Part shown: in pieces, positions 19,981 to 30,136 of the stretch
How positions within the stretch are numbered: position 1 is the first letter of the stretch
How the letters are laid out: every line of letters begins with the position of its first letter
From: an uncultured bacterium
GTDB taxonomy: Bacteria; Krumholzibacteriota; Krumholzibacteriia; LZORAL124-64-63
DNA: 64,000 nucleotides
Direction of reading: 5' to 3'
Assembly (NCBI GenBank): GCA_963727525.1
Contig: CAVSGO010000007.1
Coordinates: 768,001 to 832,000, forward strand
The notes under the pieces: generated by a model
What the model saw: only the letters and a program-made list of their open reading frames with translations
What the model was told of the DNA's origin: nothing
Database searches by the model: none
Made by a program: the position numbers and the translations under genes

Positions 19981-20961
19981 ATGGCGACCATGCCCAAGGG
20001 TCCGTGGCTCGATTTCGAGCAACCGATCGTCGAGCTCGAGGAGCGTATCCAGACCCTGGAAGACGCGGCGGCGGCGCGTGGCGTCGACGTCAGCACCGAG
20101 GTTCGCCAGCTCAAGACCAAGGCGGAGAAGCTCAGCCGCGAGATCCTGGGCGGCTTGCAGCCGTGGCAGCGCGTCCAGCTCGCCCGGCACGGTCGCCGTC
20201 CGACCACCCTCGACTATATCCAGCACATCTTCGGGGATTTCGTGGAGTTGCACGGCGACCGGCAGTTCCGGGACGATCCCGCCATCGTCGGCGGCATGGT
20301 GGCCCTGGGGGACCGGCGGCTCATGGTGATCGGGCATCAGAAGGGCCGCGACACGAAGAGCAACATCAGGCGCAACTTCGGCATGGCCCATCCCGAGGGG
20401 TACCGCAAGGCCCTGCGCCTGATGGAGATGGCCGAAAGGTTCGACCGCCCCATCCTCACGTTGATCGACACTCCGGGCGCCTTTCCGGGCCTCGGCGCCG
20501 AGGAGCGCGGCCAGGGCGAGGCCATCGCGCACAACCTGCGGGACATGAGCATGTTGCGGGTGCCAGTGATCTGCGTCGTCACGGGCGAGGGTGGCTCCGG
20601 GGGAGCACTCGCGCTGGGCGTGGGCGATCGTGTCTATATGCAGGAGAACGCGGTCTACAGCGTCATCAGCCCCGAGGGCTGCGCCGCCATCCTCTGGCGC
20701 GATGCCGCGAAAGCGCCGGAGGCGGCGCGGGCGATGAAGTTGACGGCAGAGGATGCCCGTCACCTCGGCGTCATCGACGGGGTGATCAAGGAACCCATAG
20801 GCGGTGCCCACCGGGACCACGAGGCGGCGGCGCGCGAGGTGGCGGCGGTGGTGCTGGATGCCCTTGCCGAACTGGAGGCTGTGACCGCGGCCCAGCGTCT
20901 GGACGCGAGGTTGCAGAAGTTCCTGGCCATTGGCGAGTTCGTCGAACGCGAAGGATCGTGA
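19981..20961 (+). CDS. accA: Acetyl-CoA carboxylase carboxyltransferase alpha subunit
   Basis: LDFEQPI, ELHGDR, GHQKGRDTK, PEGYRKALRLM, GEGGSGGAL and YSVISPEGCAAILW motifs. Confidence 0.97.
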   Translation: MATMPKGPWLDFEQPIVELEERIQTLEDAAAARGVDVSTEVRQLKTKAEKLSREILGGLQPWQRVQLARHGRRPTTLDYIQHIFGDFVELHGDRQFRDDPAIVGGMVALGDRRLMVIGHQKGRDTKSNIRRNFGMAHPEGYRKALRLMEMAERFDRPILTLIDTPGAFPGLGAEERGQGEAIAHNLRDMSMLRVPVICVVTGEGGSGGALALGVGDRVYMQENAVYSVISPEGCAAILWRDAAKAPEAARAMKLTAEDARHLGVIDGVIKEPIGGAHRDHEAAAREVAAVVLDALAELEAVTAAQRLDARLQKFLAIGEFVEREGS

Positions 20962-20963
20962 TG

Positions 20964-20992
20964 TTGACAGGTCGGTCGCATTCCCGTATCAT
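20964..20992 (+). promoter_or_regulatory. Strong sigma70-type promoter heading the trm112-porU-porV locus
   Basis: TTGACA (20964-20969), 17 nt, TATCAT (20987-20992). Confidence 0.75.
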
Positions 20993-21149
20993 CGGAGGTG
21001 CCAACCATTGCGAGGATCCCGCCCTTCCGCCGAGCCGGCAACATCTGGCGCGGTGGATGCTTGTGTTGAATTTCCGCGCATACCTGGAGTCCTGACCGTA
21101 TCCATCGTGTGGGTTTCACGAGTCTCATCGCGCCGGATGGAGGCCTGTC

Positions 21150-21326
21150 ATGCTCGACCCGAAATTGCTGGAGATCCTGGCCTGCCCCAAGTGCAAGGGA
21201 CCTGTTCAGCCCGACGCACAGCACACGCGACTCGTGTGCCCGACGTGTCGCGTCGCATACCGGGTCGAGGACGACATCCCGGTCATGCTCATCGAGGAAG
21301 CGCAAGCGCTGGCGCAGGGGGAGTAG
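21150..21326 (+). CDS. Trm112/YcaR family small protein (58 aa, absent from the ORF track)
   Basis: Manual translation MLDPKLLEILACPKCKGPVQPDAQHTRLVCPTCRVAYRVEDDIPVMLIEEAQALAQGE, with GGAGG RBS. LLEILACPxCK...YxxxDxIPVML is the family signature. Confidence 0.93.
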   Translation: MLDPKLLEILACPKCKGPVQPDAQHTRLVCPTCRVAYRVEDDIPVMLIEEAQALAQGE

Positions 21327-21329
21327 CTC

Positions 21330-24300
21330 ATGGGGAACCGACATCCGCTGATGGCAGGCGTCCTGCTGGTCGTGCTCCTGGCCCTGGGCGCGCCGCGCGC
21401 CCGGGCCGAGTTCCGTCCCGAGGGCGCCGACGGGATGATGGATCTTCCGGCCGTCGAGGTGCTCAGCGGCGACGTCAACAGCACGGTGGTGGCTCTGAGC
21501 TTCCCGGTGCGCACGATGCCCAAGAGCTGGGCCAAGGCGGCGAGCGACGGGATCGGCTGGCCCCGGCCCTGGGGCGAGCTCCCCAATCCGGACGGCACGA
21601 CGACCGAGCTACCGCGCGTGGCGGAGGCCCGGCTGGCGGTTCCCGCCGGTTGCACACTGCAGTATCGCGTCGAATCGGTCGACTGGTGGGTGGATCCCGT
21701 TACCCCAGTCTCCGATGATGCCCTGGTCTATGTCCACGGTCCGGACACCATGCGCGACGTCGGACTCGTGGGCGTCACGGTGCAGGCGTTCGTGCAGCAG
21801 GTCGGCGGGAATCGCGCGATCGTGCGGCGCGTCGTGGTCGCCATCGACCATCCCACGAGCGCCCGGCAAGCCGACTGGCTGGCCCGGGCCGTCGACGAGC
21901 CGCAGCTGCGCAGCCGTGCGGCGCGCGAGGCCACGCCCGCGCTCGTCAATCCCGAGGTCTTCACCTCCCTGCGGGCCGCGGCCATGATGAGCGCGCCGAA
22001 CAAGGCGCGGGAAGGCCGCGGCAATGTGCCTGACTGGTTCTCGCTCAGCTCGCACTGGCTGCGGCTGGAGATCGACGGCACGGGCATGTACCAGCTCACC
22101 GGATCCGAGATGACGTTCATGGGCGCGGTGATCTCCGGCATCGACCCTGGGAAGCTACGGCTCTTCCACGGCGGCGGTCTGCCGGTCGACGACGACCCGA
22201 CGCTTGCGGACAGCCTGCAGGTCGATCGCATGGGATTGCACGAGGTGCGCATCGCCGTTCAGGATGGCGGGGATGGGGAGTGGAACGCCGATGACCGCAT
22301 CATCTTCTACGGCGTGGGCTGCGATACGTGGACCGATCGGTTCGATCCCAGCGCAGCGCCTCTCGACCATGTCGAGCATCCGTACCAGAGTCACGCGGTC
22401 TACTGGCTGACGTGGGAGGGAGACGCTGACCCCACACCGTTCGCGGGCGCGCCGCGGCGTGTGGAGCCGGTGGCCGCCCCGGCCCACGACGGCGTCACGC
22501 CGGTCACGGAGCAATGGGCGCGGTATCACGGCGAGGAGAGTGTCGCGTCGGTGCCGGGTGTCCTGGCCGACAACTGGGCCTGGTATCCCTTGATCACGGG
22601 CACCCAGTCGTCGCCCTTCCTCTTGCAAAGCGTGGTCCCCACGACGTCGGCGCGGTTCGTGGCCGACGTGCGCGGGCATCGCGCCGAGTTGCACGCGCCG
22701 ACGTACCGTACGCGAGCCTGGTTGAACGCCGACCAGGCCCATGCCGATACGCTGGTGTTTCTGTACACCCTGCAAAAGGACAGTCTTCGCGTACGGCTGA
22801 TCGGTGAGAGCGACGCGCTCCATAGCGGCACCAATACCATCACGATCAGCCACGACTCGTACAACACGCCGGGCAATCATTATCCGCTCGCACTCGATTC
22901 GTTCGATGTGCGCTACCGCCAGGCTCTCGACAAGCGCGCCATCTCCGGTGCCCTGGTCTATCAGCATTTCGCAGACGAGGTGACGGCACCCGGCATGCCG
23001 TTGAACGTCGCGTTCACATTGCCGGCGAGCGAGGCGGCAACGATCTGGGACGTCTCGATGCCGGATTCCGCCGTGGCGCTCGCGGGCGATATCGTGGCGG
23101 GCGATCCGCAGACGGTCACGGTGGGGCTGACACGCGATCCGACCTCGGCCGCGCATCTCGTCGTGTTTTCCGATGGCAACCTGCATGCGGTGGCGAGCGG
23201 CCAGGCCGAGTCGCCGCGCGCACTGCGCGTCGCGGTGCCGCCGGTGGATTACGTGGTCGTCTACAATTCGCGATTCCGCAACGCGGCCGAGGCGCTTGCC
23301 GATTTGCGCGGCCGGATGTTGCCTGGCGTGGTGGCGCCGGCGGCGGCGGCCGTATCGGTGCAGGAGATCTATGACAACTTCTCGGGTGGCCAGAAGGACA
23401 TGCTCGCCATTCGCAACTTCCTGCGCTGGTCCTACTACGCCGGGGGTCAGCGCCTGCGCTGGGCGTGCCTGCTCGGCGACGCGTCGGTCGACTGGCGCAA
23501 CTACCTCGGTCATGATCCGAACAGCCAGATCTACGATTTCATCACGGCGCCGCTCGTCACGCGGTTCCCGCTGATTCCGGACCGGTCGACGCTCGATCAT
23601 CCGTGGACATCCGACGAGACCTACGGGTGTTTCGACCTGCCCCAGGCCGATCGGGAGTTCGACATCCCCGACGTGGCGATCGGCCGGATCCCCGTGACCT
23701 CGGCCGCGGAGGCGAGCGCTGCGGTGAACAGGATCATCACCTACACGGAGACGCCTGACGTCGGTCTGTGGCGCAACCGCGCGGTGTTTTGCGCCGACGA
23801 TCTCTGGCAGCCGAGCGACGGCTCGGGCACGGGGAGTCAGGCCTATCACACCGACGAGGCCGAAGATATCGCGCTGCATGACGTCCCGGGATCGATCGAC
23901 ATGCAGAAGGTGTACCTGGTCGACTACCCGCGTGTGGGCGGTGCCAAGCCGGCCGCCAAGGCGGAACTCACGCGCCAGCTCAACCGGGGCACGACCATCT
24001 TCTACTATGTCGGGCACGGGGCGCCGAACAACCTCGCCGACGAGCAGGTCTTCGTGCTGGCGGACGTCGCGAACCTCACCAACGGCAACAAGCGATTCCT
24101 GTTCATGGCCTTCAGCTGCGACGTGGGGATCTACGACGACTACGCGTCTCAGAGCATGGGCGAGGAATTCGTGACCTCGGCCAACGGCGGGGCGATCGCC
24201 TCGATCGCGGCCTCGTGGCTCAGTTATCCGAGCTATAACGACCAGCTTTCCGAGGGTATCTTCGCCGACATCTATCCGACCCAACGGGTGGACGAGAATA

Positions 24301-25451
24301 CGACCCTCGGGGAATCGCTGCGCGTGGGCAAGGCCGGGTTGTGGGCGCAGATCGGGGCGAACCTGACGATCCGCAACGCCAGGCGCTACAACCTGTTCGG
24401 CGACCCGGCCACGCATCTACCGAATCCCGTCGACGACCTCGCCTTCGCGCCCACGAGCATGGACTCGCTGCTGACGGGACGGCCCCACCAGGTGGTGCTC
24501 GATCTCGCGGACCAGGGGCTCGCCGCCTCGGCGAGCGCGACGTACGATCTGAACGTCGAGGAGTCGGGCGTCGACGTGCTCTACTACTCGGGTTCGACGG
24601 GTGACTATTACTGGCGACGAGCTGGCAACACGGCTTTTCACGGCACCGGTGCGCCGGCGAACGACCCGCTGATCGTCCCTTTCCTGGCGCCGTTGCAGAT
24701 GCGCCGCGGGGATCTCGGGCGTGTGCGTCTGGTCGTGAACGACGGCAGCTCCGAGCAGGTGGCGGAGATCGCCGTGCCCGTGGTGGGTGCGTCGGCGAAC
24801 AGCGGCGGCGACGTGGCCGGTCCGCAGATCCAGCTCGCGTTCGGCGACGGTCTCGTGCGCGTGCCAACGGGCTCCAGCTTGCAGGCCGTGATCTCCGACA
24901 CCAGCGGCGTCAACACGCTCGGGAGCAATCCGGGCAACAGCGTGCTGCTCGAGTTTGACGGATCGGGCATATACAGCGACGTCTCCGACCAGTTCGCCTT
25001 CGATGCGGGCAGCTACACGCGCGGACGCTTGCAGGTGGCCCTGCCCAGCGAGCTCGGCCTCGGACAGCACCGCGTGGCCTTGCTGGCCAGCGACATGTTC
25101 GGCAACGTCGGTTCCGACACGCTGGGTTTCGAGCTCGTGGCGAGCGTGATCCCTGACATCTACGACGTGTCGGTGTTCCCCAATCCGACTGCCGGGCCGT
25201 GCCGGCTGCTCTGCGATGTGAGCGAGCCGATGGCTCTGCGGTGGGATATCTACACGGTCGCCGGACATTGCATCCGGACGATCCGCGCGGACGGCAGTGC
25301 GGCGGGGCCGAAGATTCTCGCCTGGGACGGACGCGATGGCGAGGGCGACGGCATCGCCAACGGTGTCTATCTCTACGTCCTGCGCGGCACGGCCGCGGCG
25401 GACGCGGCACACGAGATTCGAAAGACGGGGCAACTCGTCATCATGCGGTAG
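21330..25451 (+). CDS. porU: Type IX secretion sortase PorU-like C25 (gingipain-family) cysteine peptidase with CTD
   Basis: Signal peptide, QEIYDNFSGG, LLGDASVD, DVAIGRIP, catalytic YVGHG (His about 24015) and AFSCD (Cys about 24117), YNLFGDP, CTD FPNP...YTVAG...WDGRDGEGDGIANGVYLY. Directly upstream of porV. Confidence 0.88.
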   Translation: MGNRHPLMAGVLLVVLLALGAPRARAEFRPEGADGMMDLPAVEVLSGDVNSTVVALSFPVRTMPKSWAKAASDGIGWPRPWGELPNPDGTTTELPRVAEARLAVPAGCTLQYRVESVDWWVDPVTPVSDDALVYVHGPDTMRDVGLVGVTVQAFVQQVGGNRAIVRRVVVAIDHPTSARQADWLARAVDEPQLRSRAAREATPALVNPEVFTSLRAAAMMSAPNKAREGRGNVPDWFSLSSHWLRLEIDGTGMYQLTGSEMTFMGAVISGIDPGKLRLFHGGGLPVDDDPTLADSLQVDRMGLHEVRIAVQDGGDGEWNADDRIIFYGVGCDTWTDRFDPSAAPLDHVEHPYQSHAVYWLTWEGDADPTPFAGAPRRVEPVAAPAHDGVTPVTEQWARYHGEESVASVPGVLADNWAWYPLITGTQSSPFLLQSVVPTTSARFVADVRGHRAELHAPTYRTRAWLNADQAHADTLVFLYTLQKDSLRVRLIGESDALHSGTNTITISHDSYNTPGNHYPLALDSFDVRYRQALDKRAISGALVYQHFADEVTAPGMPLNVAFTLPASEAATIWDVSMPDSAVALAGDIVAGDPQTVTVGLTRDPTSAAHLVVFSDGNLHAVASGQAESPRALRVAVPPVDYVVVYNSRFRNAAEALADLRGRMLPGVVAPAAAAVSVQEIYDNFSGGQKDMLAIRNFLRWSYYAGGQRLRWACLLGDASVDWRNYLGHDPNSQIYDFITAPLVTRFPLIPDRSTLDHPWTSDETYGCFDLPQADREFDIPDVAIGRIPVTSAAEASAAVNRIITYTETPDVGLWRNRAVFCADDLWQPSDGSGTGSQAYHTDEAEDIALHDVPGSIDMQKVYLVDYPRVGGAKPAAKAELTRQLNRGTTIFYYVGHGAPNNLADEQVFVLADVANLTNGNKRFLFMAFSCDVGIYDDYASQSMGEEFVTSANGGAIASIAASWLSYPSYNDQLSEGIFADIYPTQRVDENTTLGESLRVGKAGLWAQIGANLTIRNARRYNLFGDPATHLPNPVDDLAFAPTSMDSLLTGRPHQVVLDLADQGLAASASATYDLNVEESGVDVLYYSGSTGDYYWRRAGNTAFHGTGAPANDPLIVPFLAPLQMRRGDLGRVRLVVNDGSSEQVAEIAVPVVGASANSGGDVAGPQIQLAFGDGLVRVPTGSSLQAVISDTSGVNTLGSNPGNSVLLEFDGSGIYSDVSDQFAFDAGSYTRGRLQVALPSELGLGQHRVALLASDMFGNVGSDTLGFELVASVIPDIYDVSVFPNPTAGPCRLLCDVSEPMALRWDIYTVAGHCIRTIRADGSAAGPKILAWDGRDGEGDGIANGVYLYVLRGTAAADAAHEIRKTGQLVIMR

Positions 25452-25496
25452 GGCGGCCGCATTCCGCCCGGTTGGATACCTGGAGGTTGACAGGTA

Positions 25497-26519
25497 ATGA
25501 AGTCAAGATTCGTCGTGGCACTGGTCAGTCTGCTCTGTCTCGTGGTGGTACCGCAACTCGCGGAAGCCGGAGCCGGTGCTGGCGCCATCGTGCTGTCCTT
25601 CCCGATCGGCGCGCGCTACAACTCCCTGGGTGAGTCGGGCGTGGCCCTGGCTCAGGATGCCGCGTCCACGTGGTTCAATCCCGGGGGGCTGGCCTTCCTG
25701 CCCGACCGTCAGGAGACCCACGACCTGCAGGTCATGCAATCGCCTCTGGCTACCGGCCTCGCCAACGATATCGGCCTCTACTGGGGCGGGTACGCGGGCA
25801 CGACCGGCGGCGGTGCCTGGGGCCTCACGTTCACCTACCTCGACATGGGCACGCAGGTGGCCACCGACGAGCAGGGTGTGGAGAAGGGCACGTTCTCGTC
25901 GTACGAGTTCGTGTTCCAGGGAAACTACGCCTTCAAGCTCACACCCAACCTCGGCCTGGGCATGGGCGCGAAGTTCTTTCGCGACAAGCTCGCCGACGAT
26001 TCCGTGCTCCAGGACCAGACCGGCGGTTCGGGCAACAGCTTCGGCGTCGACATCGGCGCGCTATGGAAGATCCCGAGCATGCGGACGAACCTCGGCCTCT
26101 CCGTCATGAACCTCGGGCCGAACATCACGCACGTGGATGCCGATCAGTCCGACCCGATGCCGCGCAAGCTCACCGGCGGTTTCGCCTACGGATTGATCCA
26201 GAGCCCGTACATGGGTCTGATCCTCGTCGGCGACTACCAGCTGCCGCTCTACAACTGGAAGGGCAACGACTACGGTCTCGGCTTCGAGCCCGACCAGGAT
26301 GAGTGGGGTGTGGGCGCGGAGTGGAACTACGACCACTCACTCTTCCTGCGCCTCGGCTACAAGAGCGCCAACTATGGCGACATCACGGACTACACGTTCG
26401 GCTTCGGCGTGGATTTGAAGAAATGGCTGCGCAAGGCGATCACGTTCGATTTCGGTTCGGTGCCGCAGGCGACCGGGCTCGATCGCGTGAGTCGGTTCTC
26501 GCTTGGTTACCGCTGGTAG
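25497..26519 (+). CDS. porV: PorV/PorQ family outer-membrane beta-barrel (T9SS shuttle)
   Basis: GARYNSLGESGVALAQDAASTWFNPGGLAF, NLGPNI, DPMPRKL and LFLRLGY motifs, C-terminal FSLGYRW. Confidence 0.85.
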   Translation: MKSRFVVALVSLLCLVVVPQLAEAGAGAGAIVLSFPIGARYNSLGESGVALAQDAASTWFNPGGLAFLPDRQETHDLQVMQSPLATGLANDIGLYWGGYAGTTGGGAWGLTFTYLDMGTQVATDEQGVEKGTFSSYEFVFQGNYAFKLTPNLGLGMGAKFFRDKLADDSVLQDQTGGSGNSFGVDIGALWKIPSMRTNLGLSVMNLGPNITHVDADQSDPMPRKLTGGFAYGLIQSPYMGLILVGDYQLPLYNWKGNDYGLGFEPDQDEWGVGAEWNYDHSLFLRLGYKSANYGDITDYTFGFGVDLKKWLRKAITFDFGSVPQATGLDRVSRFSLGYRW

Positions 26520-26561
26520 ACATTGGCTGCGCACCCCTGAGCGCACATCCGGGAGGCTGCT

Positions 26562-29500
26562 GTGAAACGAGGATCAGGGGCGTTGCGCCATGGTCTATGG
26601 TCTCTGGGGCTACAGTCACTGGCTCTATGGCTCGCAGTGGTCTGGACGCTGACGGCTGTCGCCGCGTCAGCGTCCAGACCCGATCGCATTCCCGTACACA
26701 AGATGAATCGCGATGCGATCCTGGCGTTGCCGGGCGGCTCCGCGATGCTGGAGCGGGAACAGACTCGCGCCCGCATCGAGGGTGACCGCTGGCGGCAAGT
26801 GCACGACCTGCTCGGTTCGCGCCACATCTCGGTGAAGGGGCAGCGCCAACTCACACGCATGGGCCTGGGGCCCGCGCGCCTGCAGGCCGACGCTGACAAG
26901 GCCGCGGACGTGACGGCGGCGTGGGATGGCGTCGACACGTTGCGGGTTCTCCTCGTGCGGATCGGCTTCGAGACCAACCGCGACTCCACGCTCACTACCG
27001 TGACCAACGGCGGCGACTTCATGCTCGCCCCGGCGGACACGAGCGATGCGTTGCCCATCGATCCGTCGCCGCACAACAAGGCGTTCTTCGAGGCGCACCT
27101 GAACGGCCTGGCCGACTTCTACCGCTTCCAGTCGGGTGGTCGGTTGCACATCGAGAGCCGCGTGCTGCCCGAGGGCGACACCGACAGTTACAAACTCGCA
27201 GACATCGCCGACTATGGCCCCGGCGCCGACGGCTACTGGACGATCGACGGCCTCGAACGCTTCGTGCGGGACGCTATCATGGCCGCGGACCAGGGCACCC
27301 AGGCCGACGGCTCGGCGAACCTGGCCGACTACGACGACGACAATCCGTTCACGTACATCATCTTCGCGCACGCCGGCAGCGACTGGCAGAGCGACGTCAA
27401 TCAGGACTCGCCGAACGACATTCCCACGTTCTTCGTCACCCTGGGTGAAGATCAGCCGCTCACCAGCATCGACAGCCACACCGGCGCCGTGGGGGCACTC
27501 ACGGAGTGCTCGGTGATTCCCGAGACCACCACGCAGGACGGTTACAAGGGCAGCATCGCCGCAGCGCTCTACCACGAGTTCGGCCACGCACTCGGACTCG
27601 TCGACGTGTATGACACGACGACCGGTCTGCCGAGCGTGGGTGTGTGGGATCTCATGGATTCGGGCACGAATCTGGCGGCCAATCTGGCCACGGATGCGAA
27701 CCACGATGGCGAGATCACCGACGACGAGGTCTTCTCCGTGACCGGAGTCCTGCCGCCCTCACTGGGGGCGTGGAACAAGTGGTTCCTGGGCTGGGCCGAG
27801 GTGGGCACGCTCACCGGCGCGGAGGAGACGGTGAAGCTGCCAGCCGTGGGCGTGCCGCGCGCCGAGTACCACCGCTATGCCACCACCAGCGGCGACTTCT
27901 CGGAGGAGTACCCGCAGCTCCTGGAGGCCGGCGCCTCGCCGCGCGAGTTCTTCCTCATCGAGAACCGGTGGGTGCCGCTCGACGAGCAGGATACACCCTT
28001 TGATAACTACGATCCCCAGACCGGTGCCGGCGGGCTCTTTTTCGTTCGGGACGAGGCGACCGGCGTGGTGCTGTATCTCGGGGGCGAGTTGCACGGCGTG
28101 CAACAGAACACCGGGCTCTACGACTATTTCCTGCCCGAAGGCGGCTTACTCGTCTGGCACGTGAACATGGACCGTATCGAGCCCAACCTGGCTTCGAACA
28201 CCATCAACTGGCACGCGGATGGTCTGAAGCTGGTGGAGGCCGACGGCATCCAGGACATCGGCGTCGTCGACGCCTACGTGCTCGGCTGGTACGGTTCGAG
28301 TCGCGATCCCTTCACGCCCTACAACCTGATCGGGTCGCTCTCGCTCGAGGTGGCCGACCGTCCGAGCAGCCGTGCGTACGACCGTTCCTACACCGGTGTC
28401 CACCTGTGGAACATCGCCGACGACGGCGATTCCCATGGAGCCGTGATGCGCTTCCAGGCAGCAGTCGAACCGGTGGTGGGCGCGTTCCCTTACGAGCTGC
28501 CGCCGCGAATCGATGCCGGCGACACGCTGCGAGCACGCGCGCTCGACCTCACGAGCCTGACGCCCCTGAACGACCACCTCTTCCTGGCCGACGCACCTCC
28601 GCTGGGCGAAACGGCCACGCTCTTTGCCCTCGACCGTTCCGGTCAGCCCGCGTTTCCCGTGGAGACGACTCTGCCGGTCGGGGCCGTCGCCACGCTCGAC
28701 GGCGCGCTCGCCGGCCCGCCGGCCACGACGACGTTGACCGATCTCGACGCATTCGTCGCCGTGACGGTGCATGGCACCGTGACCGCCTGGCGTGTGAACG
28801 ACACGGCTGACGGGGTGCAGGCGATGTGGTCGACGGCGGTGGCCGATACCGCGCTCGCGGGCGCGATACCCGTAGACCTGAACGGGCAGACACGTCTGCT
28901 GTGTCCGCTCTCGCCGACGCACGTCGCCCTGCTGGGCAGTGACGGCAACCCGGTTGGTGACACTGCCGTGCTCGTGGGGCCGGGGGGGATGTCGCCGTCC
29001 ACGTTCGTCGCGCCCCCGCGGGTGTGGCGACGGGATACCGACGCGGTCCTGCTCTGCTTCACGCCCGACGGCTGGTATGCCGTCACGGCCGAGGAACTGG
29101 GTTTTTCCGGCGACCCGGTATTCCATGCCTACGCCGAGGGCACCCAGGACACCGTGTGGCCAGCGCTGGTCGCGACGACGACGGGCGCCGAGCTGGTGGT
29201 CTTCGGCTCTGGCGGTGATCTGGGCGCCTGGGCACTGACGGGCAACCAGGTCGCGCCGGCCCCATGGCACGGGGCAGTGAGCGAACCGCTCGTGGGCGAG
29301 CCCGCGGTGGCCGACCTCGACGGCGATGGCGATGACGACATCGTGGCGGCGACGCCGCTGCGCGTGTTTGCCTGGCAGGCCGACGGCACCGTCCTGACCG
29401 GATTCCCGGCGGTGCTGCTCAACCTCTTCCCGCTGGCCGACAGCACGCAGGTGCGAGGCACGCTCGTGGTGGCCGACATCACGGGCGATGGTTCCGACGA

Positions 29501-30113
29501 GGTCGTGTTCACGACGAACGAAGGCCACCTCCTCGCGCTCGACGCGCGCGGTGAACTGCTCGACCATCTCCCGTTCCGCAGCGGTGACGAGAGCGAGCCC
29601 ATTCTCGCGCTCGGCGACGGTCCTGGCGGCGATGTCCGCACGATTTACATGCTCAATCGTGGCGGGTACACGGGGCCGCCGCACGATCGCCTGCTCGGCA
29701 ACGGGCGGATCGTCGGCTACGGCGTGCCGGGGGCGTCGAGCCAGGGCACGAGCGAGTGGCTCGGCGTCGGCGGTGGGCCCGCGCGCACCGGCACGATGGG
29801 CACTGCACGCGATCTCGGCGGCATCTCGCCGGCCGATGCATATCGTGACGCAGTGGTCTACTATCCCAACCCCGTGAAGGGGCCGGAAGTGACCGTTCGT
29901 TTCAGCAGCGGCAGCTCTCGCGAGGCGCAGCTGACGATCTATAACCTGCAGGGCGAGGAGGTGCTGCACCGCGCCATCCCCGTCAGCGCAGGACAGGTGA
30001 ACGAGGCGACGGTCCCCTTCGACGTGGCCTCGGGCATGTACGTGTGCCGGCTGGAACGGGAAGGCCCGGCGGGCTGGACGCGAACCGTCACCACACTCGC
30101 CGTGGAACGCTAG
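26562..30113 (+). CDS. Secreted M6/immune inhibitor A-like zinc metalloprotease with FG-GAP repeats and T9SS CTD
   Basis: HEFGHALGLVDVYD zinc motif (27573), WDLMDSG Met-turn, EFFLIENR, GLLVWHV, ADLDGDGDDDIV and ADITGDGSDEVV repeats, CTD YPNPV...YNLQGE...VASGMYVCRL. Confidence 0.85.
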   Translation: MKRGSGALRHGLWSLGLQSLALWLAVVWTLTAVAASASRPDRIPVHKMNRDAILALPGGSAMLEREQTRARIEGDRWRQVHDLLGSRHISVKGQRQLTRMGLGPARLQADADKAADVTAAWDGVDTLRVLLVRIGFETNRDSTLTTVTNGGDFMLAPADTSDALPIDPSPHNKAFFEAHLNGLADFYRFQSGGRLHIESRVLPEGDTDSYKLADIADYGPGADGYWTIDGLERFVRDAIMAADQGTQADGSANLADYDDDNPFTYIIFAHAGSDWQSDVNQDSPNDIPTFFVTLGEDQPLTSIDSHTGAVGALTECSVIPETTTQDGYKGSIAAALYHEFGHALGLVDVYDTTTGLPSVGVWDLMDSGTNLAANLATDANHDGEITDDEVFSVTGVLPPSLGAWNKWFLGWAEVGTLTGAEETVKLPAVGVPRAEYHRYATTSGDFSEEYPQLLEAGASPREFFLIENRWVPLDEQDTPFDNYDPQTGAGGLFFVRDEATGVVLYLGGELHGVQQNTGLYDYFLPEGGLLVWHVNMDRIEPNLASNTINWHADGLKLVEADGIQDIGVVDAYVLGWYGSSRDPFTPYNLIGSLSLEVADRPSSRAYDRSYTGVHLWNIADDGDSHGAVMRFQAAVEPVVGAFPYELPPRIDAGDTLRARALDLTSLTPLNDHLFLADAPPLGETATLFALDRSGQPAFPVETTLPVGAVATLDGALAGPPATTTLTDLDAFVAVTVHGTVTAWRVNDTADGVQAMWSTAVADTALAGAIPVDLNGQTRLLCPLSPTHVALLGSDGNPVGDTAVLVGPGGMSPSTFVAPPRVWRRDTDAVLLCFTPDGWYAVTAEELGFSGDPVFHAYAEGTQDTVWPALVATTTGAELVVFGSGGDLGAWALTGNQVAPAPWHGAVSEPLVGEPAVADLDGDGDDDIVAATPLRVFAWQADGTVLTGFPAVLLNLFPLADSTQVRGTLVVADITGDGSDEVVFTTNEGHLLALDARGELLDHLPFRSGDESEPILALGDGPGGDVRTIYMLNRGGYTGPPHDRLLGNGRIVGYGVPGASSQGTSEWLGVGGGPARTGTMGTARDLGGISPADAYRDAVVYYPNPVKGPEVTVRFSSGSSREAQLTIYNLQGEEVLHRAIPVSAGQVNEATVPFDVASGMYVCRLEREGPAGWTRTVTTLAVER

Positions 30114-30136
30114 CCGCGGCGCGAAAGGACGAAACG

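Noticed and set aside
16360-20820. 1486-aa ORF antisense to dnaE-accA, and many other long antisense or alternative-frame ORFs
   Set aside because: Shadow ORFs expected from high GC3 codon bias. They have no recognisable motifs and lie opposite well-supported genes.
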